From an uncultured Planctomycetia bacterium (GTDB lineage Bacteria; Omnitrophota; Gorgyraeia; Duberdicusellales; 4484-171), in assembly GCA_964629655.1 (NCBI GenBank), contig CAZVQU010000002.1, positions 460,878 to 524,877 of the forward strand: a stretch of DNA of 64,000 nucleotides. The letters run 5' to 3'. Position 1 is the stretch's first letter; the number at the start of each line of letters is the position of its first letter. Both the position numbers and the translations under genes were made by a program. Shown one piece after another: positions 20,322-30,497 of the stretch. The notes below the pieces were generated by a model, which saw only the letters and a list, made by a program, of their open reading frames with translations, was not told the DNA's origin and did no database searches.

Positions 20322-23300
20322 TTAAAGTGTCAAGGACAAGTTTCCCTCCCCTACTGCCGTACCTATTTCCTTCAAGGCCTTCTCGTCCAAGGCGATACAG
20401 AACTTACTACCGGACTTAACCTTGACTCCATGAAGCTTGGAATTCCTGAACGAAAAGAAGACTGGAGTCTCTCCTTTGTTGCCAAGAAAAACACTCTTTA
20501 AGTTATTTAAAGAAATACCGTTATTTTCCAAAGAGATATTTGCACTCTTAACATAGTCGCTAACCTTCTCTACCGGAATAACCTGAGAAGCTAATATCTT
20601 AGGGACCTTATCTTTAGCCTCACATTTTCCCTTTATCACTAATATAGTTTTCTCCCTAAGGTAGAATCCACACTCCTCAAAAAGACGCGGAAAAACAAAA
20701 ACTTCAATATTGGCAGTCTCATCCTCTAGCTTTAAGATTGCCATCCGCTGGCCTTTTCTTCGAGTAGTGATATTTTTTACCTTCTCTACCACTCCACAAA
20801 TCATAACCTCTCCTACCTTGGGATGTTCCCAAAGATGAGCTATCTTCTCGCGCTGTAAGTGATTAACCAGGCTGGAGTAAGAACTTAAAGGATGACCAGT
20901 TAAATATATTCCTAAAAGAGACTTCTCGAAATTTAATATCTGCAAAAGCGGCCACTCTTCAATATCAGGAACACTCTCATCAACCGGGGTCGAAAAGAGC
21001 CTTAATTGAGAAGGGTCTTCTTTTTTTATGTTCTTATTTAGTATTTTATCGAGAATAGCTACCATTTGAGCGCGCCGGAGGTTAAAACTATCCATTGCTC
21101 CGGACTTTATAAGACTTTCGACGACCTTTTTATTCACTACCCGTGAATCTACCCGTCGAGAGAAATCAAAAATACTCTCAAATTTATCTCCTTTTCTAGT
21201 TTCAATAATATTTTCTAAAGCAGCCTTGCCTACATTTTTAATAGCCATCAATCCAAACCGTATATTCCGATCATCAGTTACTGTAAAATTAGTAAAACTG
21301 GTATTTATATCCGGAGGAAGAACCTCGATCTTCATCCGGCCCGATTCATTAACATACTCTACGATTTTATCAGTATTATTACGCTCGCTGGTCAGGAGAG
21401 CAGCCATAAACTCTATCGAATAATTAGCTTTTAAATATGCTGTTCGGTAAGAGATTAGGGCATAAGCAGTGCTGTGTGATTTATTAAATCCATAACCTGA
21501 GAAGTAGTCAATCAAATCAAATATCTGGCTGGCTATATTTACTGAAATATTATTCTTACCGCAGCCATCTAAAAATAAGTGCCTTTGTTCTTCCATGATC
21601 TCAGGAATCTTCTTCCCGATAGATTTTCTTAATAAATCGGCTCGAGCCATATCAAAACCGGCCAGTTTAGCGACTATTTGCATAATCTGTTCCTGATAAA
21701 GGATTATTCCGTAGGTCTTCTTTAAAATTGACTCTAGTTTGGGATGGATATAGGCAATGCTCTTCTTGCCTTGCTTGCGATTAATAAAATCATCAACCAT
21801 GCCGCTGCCCAAAGGCCCGGGACGATAGAGAGCCAAGACAGCAATTAAATCCTCAAACTTAGTAGGATTTATCTTCTTTAAAATATCCCGCATCCCTCTA
21901 CTTTCCAATTGAAAAACACCGATAGTATTACCTCTAGCTAAAAGAGAAAAAGTCTTTCTGTCATTAAGAGGAATTGTGGTAATGTCTAAATCTACTTCCC
22001 TGGTTCTCTTGATAATCTTTACGGTCTCATCTATCACGGTAAGGGTCTTTAAACCTAGAAAATCCATCTTAAGCAAGCCGGTCTTTTCCAGAGACCCCAT
22101 ATCAAAACCAGTAACAGCTTCACCCTCAGAACCTCTGATTAAAGGAACCCTATCTACCAGTGGCTTATCAGAAATAACCACTCCGGCAGCATGAGTAGAG
22201 GCATGACGCGAAAGCCCTTCCAGCTGCATAGCTACATCAATAAGGCGCTTAATCCTATCATCGGAATCATAAATGTCATTTAGTTCCGGATTCAGAGATA
22301 AAGCCCGTCTTAAATCAATATGTTGTCCCGCACCATAAGGAATCATTTTGGCGATTTTGTCCACCTCAGCATAGTTAAAGCTCATAACCCTACCAACGTC
22401 CCTAATAACTGCCCGGGCTAACATTGTTCCAAAGGTAATTATCTGGGCAACATTATCCTTGCCGTACCGCTTAGCCACATACTCTAGAACTTCAGCTCTT
22501 TTTTCATAACAGAAATCAATGTCAATGTCAGGCATAGAGATACGTGCCGGGTTTAGAAACCTTTCGAAAAGAAGATCATAGCTTAAAGGGTCTACATCAG
22601 TAATATGAAGGATATAACTGACAATACTCCCGGCAGCACTCCCACGACCGGGACCTACCGGGATATGGTTCTCTTTAGCGAATTTTACTAAATCCCAGAT
22701 TATTAAGAAGTAACTAGAGAAACCAGTTTTTTTAATCACACCTAACTCATAATCTAGCCTTTCGGTAACAGCTTTGCCTAGCTTAGGATAGCGGCTTTTT
22801 AAATTCTCCTGGCAAATACTTCGTAAATAGTCATCATCATTTATCTCTTTAGGCAAAGGAAAATGCGGCAGGTGTATTTGGGAAAAATCCATAGTGAGAT
22901 TGCACTTCTGAGTAATCTCAATAGTACTCCTCATACTCTGGGGAATTTCTTTAAAAATTTCCTTCATCTCAGCTGGGGTACGAAAGTAAAAAGAATCACT
23001 ATTGAATCTAAAACGGTTAGGGTCATCAAGAGTAGTTTGAGTCTGAATAGCTAATAAGGCCTCGTGAGCAAATGATTCTTCTTTTTCTAGATAGTGGATA
23101 TCATTGGTAGCAACCAGAGGAATATCCAAATCTTTAGAAATTCTAATTAGTTGGGTATTCACCACTCTCTGCTCATCCAAGCCGTTCTCCATAACCTCAA
23201 GATAGAAATTTCCCTTACCAAAGATATTTAAATACTCATCGGCTAACTTAGTGGCCTTGTTTACATCCCCGGAGATAATCGCTGAAGGAATTTCTCCTTT

Positions 23301-23726
23301 AAGGCAGGCACTAGAGGCAATCAACCCTTTGCCAAGCTCACTAAGAAGCTCTTTATCCACCCGCGGTTTATAATAGAAACCCTCTAAATGGGCTAAGCTA
23401 ACCAGCTTAATAAGATTAGCATATCCTTGCTGATCTTTAGCTAGAAGAATAAGGTGATGGTTGCTATCACCATTGGGCTTATAATCTTTATCAAAGCGTG
23501 AACCGCTAGTCACATAAACTTCGCAGCCAATGATCGGCTTTATCCCATTCTTCATGCAGAGATTATAGAATTTTATCGCTCCGAAGATATTGCCATGATC
23601 AGTAACGGCTAAAGCCGGAAGTTTACAGAAAGCAGCCTTCTCGACTAACCTGTCCAATAGACAAGCTCCATCTAAGAGGCTATATTGGGTATGTACATGA
23701 AGGTGTACAAAATCAGCGTGGACCAT
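20322..23726 (-). CDS. dnaE: DNA polymerase III alpha subunit
   Basis: PHP domain HLHVHTQYSLLDG, GRGSAAGS, PDIDIDF, YGFNKSH. Confidence 0.99.
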   Translation of the reverse strand: MVHADFVHLHVHTQYSLLDGACLLDRLVEKAAFCKLPALAVTDHGNIFGAIKFYNLCMKNGIKPIIGCEVYVTSGSRFDKDYKPNGDSNHHLILLAKDQQGYANLIKLVSLAHLEGFYYKPRVDKELLSELGKGLIASSACLKGEIPSAIISGDVNKATKLADEYLNIFGKGNFYLEVMENGLDEQRVVNTQLIRISKDLDIPLVATNDIHYLEKEESFAHEALLAIQTQTTLDDPNRFRFNSDSFYFRTPAEMKEIFKEIPQSMRSTIEITQKCNLTMDFSQIHLPHFPLPKEINDDDYLRSICQENLKSRYPKLGKAVTERLDYELGVIKKTGFSSYFLIIWDLVKFAKENHIPVGPGRGSAAGSIVSYILHITDVDPLSYDLLFERFLNPARISMPDIDIDFCYEKRAEVLEYVAKRYGKDNVAQIITFGTMLARAVIRDVGRVMSFNYAEVDKIAKMIPYGAGQHIDLRRALSLNPELNDIYDSDDRIKRLIDVAMQLEGLSRHASTHAAGVVISDKPLVDRVPLIRGSEGEAVTGFDMGSLEKTGLLKMDFLGLKTLTVIDETVKIIKRTREVDLDITTIPLNDRKTFSLLARGNTIGVFQLESRGMRDILKKINPTKFEDLIAVLALYRPGPLGSGMVDDFINRKQGKKSIAYIHPKLESILKKTYGIILYQEQIMQIVAKLAGFDMARADLLRKSIGKKIPEIMEEQRHLFLDGCGKNNISVNIASQIFDLIDYFSGYGFNKSHSTAYALISYRTAYLKANYSIEFMAALLTSERNNTDKIVEYVNESGRMKIEVLPPDINTSFTNFTVTDDRNIRFGLMAIKNVGKAALENIIETRKGDKFESIFDFSRRVDSRVVNKKVVESLIKSGAMDSFNLRRAQMVAILDKILNKNIKKEDPSQLRLFSTPVDESVPDIEEWPLLQILNFEKSLLGIYLTGHPLSSYSSLVNHLQREKIAHLWEHPKVGEVMICGVVEKVKNITTRRKGQRMAILKLEDETANIEVFVFPRLFEECGFYLREKTILVIKGKCEAKDKVPKILASQVIPVEKVSDYVKSANISLENNGISLNNLKSVFLGNKGETPVFFSFRNSKLHGVKVKSGSKFCIALDEKALKEIGTAVGEGNLSLTL

Positions 23727-23749
23727 AATATTATTTTAAAAGTTAGATT

Positions 23750-25291
23750 CTACTCCCACTCAATCGTTGCCGGGGGTTTAGAGCTTATGTCGAAAACGAC
23801 TCTATTTATTCCTCTTACTTTGTTTATAATCGAATTAGAGATCTCATTAAGAACCGGATAAGGTATCTTAGACCAATCAGCAGTCATTCCGTCAAGGCTG
23901 TTGACTGCGCGTATTGCTAATACATACTCATAAGTTCTCTTATCTCCCATCACCCCTACTGTCTTAAGCGGCAGTAAGACGCAAAAAGCCTGCCAAATAT
24001 CATTATAAATATTATTCTTCTTTATTACTTTTATAAAAATATCATCGGCTTCACGTAAAATCTTAAGTTGTTTAGCATTAACTTCACCGATTATTCTTAC
24101 TGCCAAGCCCGGCCCGGGAAAAGGATGACGGCCAATTATTGTTGCCGGCATTTTGAGTATTTTTGCAACCCCTCTAACCTCATCTTTAAACAGTTGGCGA
24201 AAGGGCTCAATCAGCTTTAGCTTCATCTCTTTCGGCAAACCGCCTACATTATGATGTGACTTTATACAAGCGCTGGGGCCGCCAAAAAAGGATACTGACT
24301 CGATTACATCAGGATACAATGTCCCCTGAACAAGAAACTTTACATTTTTAATCTTCTTAGCTTCGGTCTCAAATACCTTTATAAATTCATGGCCGATTAT
24401 CTTACGTTTCTTCTCAGGATCAACAACACCCTTTAGCTTAGTTAAGAATAATTTAGAAGCATCGACATAATGCAGATCGATTTTGAAATAATCCCTGAAA
24501 ACCCTTATTACCTTTCTGGCCTCACCCTTTCTTAAGACTCCATTATTAACAAAAATACACTTTAGCTTCTTTCCCAGGGCTTTTTGAAGCAAGACCGCGG
24601 CAGTCGATGAATCGACCCCTCCGCTTAAACCTAAAATAACATTTGTTTTGCCCACCTTCTTCCTTATCCCCTTTATTTGTTCAGAGATAAAGTCTTCTAA
24701 CTGCCAGTTGGAAGAACAACCAGTAATTCTAAATAAAAAATTGGAGAGTATCTGTATGCCCAGTTCAGTATGAACAACTTCAGGGTGAAATTGTACTCCG
24801 TAAATTTTCTTTTTGCTATTGCCAATAGCTGCAAACTGGGTATTTCTAGTATGGGCCAGTAACTTAAAATCAGAAGGAAGGCTTACAACCTGATCAGTAT
24901 GGCTCATCCAAGAGACAATATTTGCCGGGAGGGAGAAGAATAAATCCTGGTGGCCATCAATGCACATCTTAGCCCTTCCATACTCTCTGCGCTTTCCCTC
25001 ACGGACTCTTCCCTTTAAGGTTTTTACTAAAATCTGCATTCCATAGCAAATACCTAAGATTGGTATACCTAATTGTAGAATTTCTTCTCTTAAGGCAGGG
25101 GCTTTTTTCTCATAAACACTATGCGGGCCTCCGGAGAGGATTATCGCCTTGGGATTAATCTTCTTTATCTTACTTGTAGCTATGGTACAGGGTTCAATAA
25201 CACTAAAGACTTTTAACTCTCTTATCCGGCGGGCAATAAGCTGGGTATATTGAGACCCAAAATCAAGAATTAAAATTGTATCTTTCTTCAA
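23750..25291 (-). CDS. guaA: GMP synthase
   Basis: DFGSQYTQ, GICYG, SGGVDS, IKSHHNVGGLP, KPPATIEWE. Confidence 0.99.
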   Translation of the reverse strand: MKKDTILILDFGSQYTQLIARRIRELKVFSVIEPCTIATSKIKKINPKAIILSGGPHSVYEKKAPALREEILQLGIPILGICYGMQILVKTLKGRVREGKRREYGRAKMCIDGHQDLFFSLPANIVSWMSHTDQVVSLPSDFKLLAHTRNTQFAAIGNSKKKIYGVQFHPEVVHTELGIQILSNFLFRITGCSSNWQLEDFISEQIKGIRKKVGKTNVILGLSGGVDSSTAAVLLQKALGKKLKCIFVNNGVLRKGEARKVIRVFRDYFKIDLHYVDASKLFLTKLKGVVDPEKKRKIIGHEFIKVFETEAKKIKNVKFLVQGTLYPDVIESVSFFGGPSACIKSHHNVGGLPKEMKLKLIEPFRQLFKDEVRGVAKILKMPATIIGRHPFPGPGLAVRIIGEVNAKQLKILREADDIFIKVIKKNNIYNDIWQAFCVLLPLKTVGVMGDKRTYEYVLAIRAVNSLDGMTADWSKIPYPVLNEISNSIINKVRGINRVVFDISSKPPATIEWE

Positions 25292-25322
25292 TCCTTTTCC
25301 TCTTTTTTAACCTTTACTCTTA

Positions 25323-26483
25323 CTACTTCCCCATCCCTACTCTCTGGGCAGCTTGGAAAACTTTTCCTTCAGTCTGGATAGAAGGGGCAATGATCATCTC
25401 GACAAAATGCATATCTTTAATCGTTTTAGCACCTAAAGAGCCCATAGAAGTATTGAGAGCACCGATTAAATTCTGAGAACCGTCATCAACTGTAGCCGGT
25501 CCAAAGAGAATCTCACTTAGGCTTCCGGTTACGCCTACATTTATTCTTGTACCTCGAGGTAAATTACCGTGGGAAGTAGCCATACCCCAATGGAATCCTC
25601 TTCCTGGCGCTTCTTTTGCTCTGGCAAAGGCTGAACCAATCATTACTGCATCAGCCCCGGAAGCAAAAGCTTTACAAACATCGCCACCCCTACTCATTCC
25701 GCCATCAGTAATTATCGGGATGTATTTTCCGGTCTTTTTATGAAAAAAATCCCTGGCGGCTGAACAATCAATAGTAGAAGTTACCTGAGGAACGCCGATT
25801 CCTAAAACTCCTCTGGTAGTACAGGCTGCTCCCGGACCTACACCGACTAAGATACCGGAACAACCGGTCTCAAGAAGCTCCAGAGTAACATCATAGATAA
25901 CACAGTTACCGATAATTACCGGAATTTTCCTCTGCTTACAAAATTTATGCAAATCTAAAGGCTTATACTTAGTAGCGAGATGTATGGCAGTAATCACAGT
26001 AGACTGGACTATGAAGCAATCTGCTCCGGCATCCTCAGCAATCGTAGCAAACTTATCAGCATTCTGAGGTATGCAGCTAACCGCAGCATACCCTTTACCC
26101 TTTTTTATCTCCTCAACTCTCTTAGCAATCAGCTTCTCCTTAATCGGAGTAGTATATACTTTTTGAATTAAATTAGTTGCCTCTTTGGGGCCAGCTTTGG
26201 AAATCTCCTCCAAGACCTCATCAGGGTTATCATAGCGTGTTTGGACTCCATCTAAATTTAAGACAGCGACTCCTCCTAAGCGCGACATCTCAATGGCAAA
26301 CTTAACACCGACAACTCCATCCATCGCCGCAGCCAGGATTGGAACAGCAAAGTTCTTACCTCCCAATTTCCATGCTGTACCCACCTCTTCGGGATTTACA
26401 GTAATCCTTCCCGGAGCAAGAGCAATCTCATCAAACCCATAACATCTACGTGCCCGTTTTCCTATACCAATCCACTCTGCCAT
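25323..26483 (-). CDS. GuaB3-family IMP dehydrogenase-related protein (no CBS domains)
   Basis: [26 protein letters not shown] with catalytic Cys, WGMA...LPRG; upstream of guaA. Confidence 0.92.
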   Translation of the reverse strand: MAEWIGIGKRARRCYGFDEIALAPGRITVNPEEVGTAWKLGGKNFAVPILAAAMDGVVGVKFAIEMSRLGGVAVLNLDGVQTRYDNPDEVLEEISKAGPKEATNLIQKVYTTPIKEKLIAKRVEEIKKGKGYAAVSCIPQNADKFATIAEDAGADCFIVQSTVITAIHLATKYKPLDLHKFCKQRKIPVIIGNCVIYDVTLELLETGCSGILVGVGPGAACTTRGVLGIGVPQVTSTIDCSAARDFFHKKTGKYIPIITDGGMSRGGDVCKAFASGADAVMIGSAFARAKEAPGRGFHWGMATSHGNLPRGTRINVGVTGSLSEILFGPATVDDGSQNLIGALNTSMGSLGAKTIKDMHFVEMIIAPSIQTEGKVFQAAQRVGMGK

Positions 26484-27430
26484 GATTCAACCTCCTTAGA
26501 AATATCTTCAGTACTTACTATTCTTTCTTTATCTATATTACCCTGACTATTAGAATCCGGTTTCACTCCAGTTGTAATAAATTCAGCAAAAACTCGAGCC
26601 TGTTTCTTGACGTCTTCATAATTAGAGTTAAAAAAAACTTCTCTATCTATATCCTTTCGGTTTACATCACCTAAGAGGTAAATTCCCTCAAAATTAGTAA
26701 AGAAATTATCTTCGATTACCAGCTCGTCTTCAAAAAACTTCAGGTTTGGTGTAAAACCACTATCAATGAAAACTAGCTGGGAAGAAAAAACCATTAAAGG
26801 CGATAATTTAACAGCTTTAACCACGCCTTCGCCTACAGCTTCTTCAATAAAAGCATCTAGGTATAGGCCGATGTTCTTGGAGCCTAAAGCCGAAACTGCT
26901 TTCTCTTTATCTTCTCCTAAAAAATCTAAATTAGCACTTACTATCTTTACGTCTTTTCCCAAAGCTACTAATGCAATAGCTAGCCTCAAACCCAACCAAG
27001 TAGAGACGTAAACACAAGCCTCACCCGATATCCTTAGAAGATTCTTTAACTTAACCTGGTCGATATCAGAAAGATAAAAAAACCCTTCTCTGTGTTCGCC
27101 TTGAACCGGCAATTTCTTCGAATTTAGACCGGAGGCAACAATTAAATTATCAAAATCCCTAGGCTCACCTTCTTTAAAATAAATCTTGCGGCGCCGAGGG
27201 TTGATTCTTTCAACCCAGGCAGGAATAAACTCAACTTCCTTTTGCTTAGCCCACTCAACTATATCCATTCTTTTGCTAATATCACCGGGAGAGTGAATTG
27301 CCTCTCTTCCCGGATGAGAATAAGCACACTTATCTATCAAAGCAATATTACAGGGAATGTTTTTTGCTCTAATCTCTTCAATTAAAGCTAATCCTGAGAC
27401 ACCGGCACCTAAAATAGTGATGTTTTCCAT
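26462..27430 (-). CDS. FAD-dependent oxidoreductase family protein, divergent
   Basis: N-terminal ILGAGVSG, LIVASG, IYLLGD; second Rossmann motif degenerate. Confidence 0.75.
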   Translation of the reverse strand: MENITILGAGVSGLALIEEIRAKNIPCNIALIDKCAYSHPGREAIHSPGDISKRMDIVEWAKQKEVEFIPAWVERINPRRRKIYFKEGEPRDFDNLIVASGLNSKKLPVQGEHREGFFYLSDIDQVKLKNLLRISGEACVYVSTWLGLRLAIALVALGKDVKIVSANLDFLGEDKEKAVSALGSKNIGLYLDAFIEEAVGEGVVKAVKLSPLMVFSSQLVFIDSGFTPNLKFFEDELVIEDNFFTNFEGIYLLGDVNRKDIDREVFFNSNYEDVKKQARVFAEFITTGVKPDSNSQGNIDKERIVSTEDISKEVESWQSGLV

Positions 27431-27437
27431 AGTAACG

Positions 27438-28283
27438 CTAACTCTTTGAACTTAACTGATATGCTTTCACTAAGTTATCATAAAGAAACATTGTTGTTAG
27501 TTTGCCTACTCCTCCGGGAACCGGGGTAATGAATGCTGCCCTTTTTTTAGCTTTATCAAATTCTACATCGCCGGATATCTTGCTATTTCTATGTCCGGTT
27601 CCAACATCAATAACTATTGCTCCTTTTTTTATCCACTTACCCTGTATAAGACCGGGCTTACCAACGGCTGAAATTACAATATCAGCACTCTTAATATAAG
27701 AAGGAAGATCTTCGTTCTCATATGTCGCAATATGAGTGATGCTTACTGTTGCAAACTTGCTGCCGAGCCACAAAGCTAAGGGTCGACCGATAAGAGGAGA
27801 AAAACCTATTAGGGCTACTTTTTTGCCGCGAAGTATAACTCCGCTTTCATCAAGCATCGCCTGAACACTTCTTACTGTCGGAGATACAAATCGTGGTTGA
27901 GCAAGAAAAAATCTTCCCAGATTAGCCGGATGCATTCCTTCGATGTCCTTATTTTCATCAAGCAAGATGAACACATCTGCATCATTCCACTCGGGAGAAA
28001 AAGGCTTATTAAGAATAATACCGGTTACGCTTAAATCTTTATTTAATTTCTCGATTTCGGAGTTAAATTCGGTAAAGGAAATGTCTGACTTTAAATCTAT
28101 GGGGCGATACTCTATACCTACTTCTTTAGCTAACTTTTTCTGAGCCAAGCGATAGCTTTTAGCTGAAACATCCCCGCCTATAGCTACTGAGGCCAGGCAT
28201 AACTCAAGGCCACCGTCTAACTTTGCCTTAATCTCAACTAGCAAAGAATCATATTTCTTCTGGGCATCGAAAATTATCGCCAT
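27438..28283 (-). CDS. folD: Methylenetetrahydrofolate dehydrogenase FolD, probably monofunctional
   Basis: KDIEG, IDVG, GDV, ITPVPGGVG.LT; the YxxxK motif reads YRLAQ. Confidence 0.93.
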   Translation of the reverse strand: MAIIFDAQKKYDSLLVEIKAKLDGGLELCLASVAIGGDVSAKSYRLAQKKLAKEVGIEYRPIDLKSDISFTEFNSEIEKLNKDLSVTGIILNKPFSPEWNDADVFILLDENKDIEGMHPANLGRFFLAQPRFVSPTVRSVQAMLDESGVILRGKKVALIGFSPLIGRPLALWLGSKFATVSITHIATYENEDLPSYIKSADIVISAVGKPGLIQGKWIKKGAIVIDVGTGHRNSKISGDVEFDKAKKRAAFITPVPGGVGKLTTMFLYDNLVKAYQLSSKS

Positions 28284-28786
28284 TTTTTTAAAGATTTCTT
28301 AAAAGGGCCAATAAATTTACTTCTTTTCCCAAACATTTTCTCATTTGCCTCTAGGTTCAAAACGCAACCCAGGAGAGCTATTCTTGCGCACTCCAATCCA
28401 ATATTGAAGTCACTAATTATACTCTTTTTTATACCAGATTTTATCCCTTTAGCAAGAGAAAATACTTTTAAAGCCGCTTGGCCTAAGTCAATAATCAAAC
28501 TTTCACTTTGTCTTATAAATTGGGCTCTCTTGAGCCCTTTTGAACTGATAATTTTGGCAAAAATAAGACTATCCTTGTCAATATTAGGGTAGATCTTCTT
28601 ACGTGAAGCTTGTAGTTTTTTTAATTGTTTTTTGAACTTGGCAGGAGAAGAAAAATTGATTGCTTTCTCAATCAGGCTAAGGCCGGTGCAGAAAACCAAA
28701 GCAACCGCACTTCCTCCACCGGGAGAAGGCTGGCGCTTGCCTAAATCATCTAAATATTTTTTGAAGCTAGTCCGATAATTCTTCAT
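28274..28786 (-). CDS. fchA: Cyclodeaminase/cyclohydrolase family protein (FchA-like)
   Basis: P.PGGGSA.AL motif, ID.D...F, all-helical, overlaps the folD start. Confidence 0.8.
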   Translation of the reverse strand: MKNYRTSFKKYLDDLGKRQPSPGGGSAVALVFCTGLSLIEKAINFSSPAKFKKQLKKLQASRKKIYPNIDKDSLIFAKIISSKGLKRAQFIRQSESLIIDLGQAALKVFSLAKGIKSGIKKSIISDFNIGLECARIALLGCVLNLEANEKMFGKRSKFIGPFKKSLKKWR

Positions 28787-28819
28787 TAAACCCCCTAAAA
28801 TTCCTTACCCTTAAGTAAT

Positions 28820-29401
28820 TTAAGAACCCTTTTTAATCGAACCACTCTTGCAAGGAGAAAAACTGCGACGGTGAAAAGGTGTTAAAGCATATCTTTCTAT
28901 CAAAGAAAAGTGCTCAGCTGTAGGATAACCCTTGTGTTGAGAAAAATTCCACTGCGGATATAGGAAATCCACTGAATTCATCAGGTAATCTCTTACTACT
29001 TTAGCTACAATAGAAGCACAAGAGACCTCTTTAACACAAGTGTCGGCCTTAGGCTGACAAATATAGTTTAGCTTCAGGTCACTGCGAAAATGACTACCAT
29101 CGACAATAAATTTTGCTTTCTTTAGCTTCGGAGATTTTTCTAAAAGCTCACCTACTGCCCGGTTAAAAGCCAGTAAAGTTGCCTCTAAAATGTTAACTTT
29201 GTCTATCTCACGGTTAGTAGCAATGCCTACACCAAAGACTGAACTGTAAGTCAACCAGGAAAATATCTCCTCGCGCATTGACGCCGATAGTTTTTTAGAA
29301 TCCTTAACAGCAAAAGGAGGTTCCTTGGCTAAGTGCAGGGCGCAGGCTACTACTACTCCTGCTAATGGTCCTCTGCCTGCCTCATCCAACCCTACCACCA
29401 T
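28820..29401 (-). CDS. rnhB: Ribonuclease HII
   Basis: GLDEAGRGPLAG, DSKKL, ASIVAKV.RD, KGYPT..H, HRRSF. Confidence 0.97.
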   Translation of the reverse strand: MVVGLDEAGRGPLAGVVVACALHLAKEPPFAVKDSKKLSASMREEIFSWLTYSSVFGVGIATNREIDKVNILEATLLAFNRAVGELLEKSPKLKKAKFIVDGSHFRSDLKLNYICQPKADTCVKEVSCASIVAKVVRDYLMNSVDFLYPQWNFSQHKGYPTAEHFSLIERYALTPFHRRSFSPCKSGSIKKGS

Positions 29402-29415
29402 ATTTAACCGATCAA

Positions 29416-29763
29416 TTAGGCTAGAGTTGCTTTTTTACCGACTCTACCTCTTAGGTAATACAAACGCTTTCTTCGTGGATTCCGGCGCCCTTTCTTTACC
29501 ATCTCTATTCTCTCAATGTTTGGCGAATAATAAGGGAAGGTTACTCCGTAAGCCTCTCCATAAGCTATTCTTCTGACTGTAAAAGATTTGCGATGCATTG
29601 CCCCTTGAACCTTTATCACAACCCCTTCTACAGGATGCAGCCTAATCTTATCCTTCTCCCTAATCTTGTAGTAGACCTTAATAGCATCCCCCTGCCTAAA
29701 CTCGGGATACTCCTTCTTTAGGGCTTGTTTTAATTCTTTCTCGACCATTGCTAGCTTATCCAT
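29416..29763 (-). CDS. rplS: 50S ribosomal protein L19
   Basis: PEFRQGD, EGVVI, FTVRRIAYG, LYYLR; follows trmD. Confidence 0.96.
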   Translation of the reverse strand: MDKLAMVEKELKQALKKEYPEFRQGDAIKVYYKIREKDKIRLHPVEGVVIKVQGAMHRKSFTVRRIAYGEAYGVTFPYYSPNIERIEMVKKGRRNPRRKRLYYLRGRVGKKATLA

Positions 29764-29801
29764 GATTACCTCCTTTTATAAAATCTTACCATTCTAAAAG
29801 A

Positions 29802-30497
29802 TCACTTCAATAAATCCGGCCTTCTTTTTTTAGTAGCCTCTAAGGCTTGGCCTTCCCGCCATTGTTCTACTTTTCGATGATTGCCTGAGAGTAACACCTC
29901 AGGAACCCCTAGACCGCGGAAATCAGCCGGTTTAGTATAATGCGGAAAATCCAGGCCTTTGCCTTCAAAACTCTCTTTTTTTATCGACTCCTTATCAGAG
30001 ACCACGCCGGGAATTAGACGACATAGGCAGTCAACGAAAACCATTGATGCTAACTCTCCGCCGCTTAAGATATAATCCCCTAAGGAAATTTCTTCTTCTG
30101 CTAAATTCTTCCTTATCCGCTCATCAACGCCTTCATAACGTGGGGCAAGAAGAATTAGTCGTTCGAAATTTAAAAACTTCTTTACTTTTTTTTGGTTTAA
30201 GGTCTTCCCTTGTGGAGTAAGAAGAATTATTCTTTTACTCTTATCCTTTTCTTTCTTTGGATAAACCTTATAGCCTAAAATTGACTCAACTGCCCCGAAT
30301 AAAGGTTCGGGCCTAAAAACCATTCCTCCTCCTCCGTAAGAAGGGGCATCTACCTTTCTCTGTGGCTTAGACGCAAAATTACGAAGGTTGTGAACATTTA
30401 TCTTAACTAGCCCTTTCTCTTGAGCCCTCTTAATCATTGACTCACCTAAGACAGGAGAAAACATCTTAGGAAAAATAGTAACTACATCAATTATCAT
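29802..30497 (-). CDS. trmD: tRNA (guanine37-N1)-methyltransferase
   Basis: YGGGGMV, RYEGVDER, SLGDYILSGGE, VP.VLLSGNH. Confidence 0.98.
   Translation of the reverse strand: MIIDVVTIFPKMFSPVLGESMIKRAQEKGLVKINVHNLRNFASKPQRKVDAPSYGGGGMVFRPEPLFGAVESILGYKVYPKKEKDKSKRIILLTPQGKTLNQKKVKKFLNFERLILLAPRYEGVDERIRKNLAEEEISLGDYILSGGELASMVFVDCLCRLIPGVVSDKESIKKESFEGKGLDFPHYTKPADFRGLGVPEVLLSGNHRKVEQWREGQALEATKKRRPDLLK

Noticed and set aside
20322-23726. Intein or split in dnaE
   Set aside because: Normal length and continuous motifs
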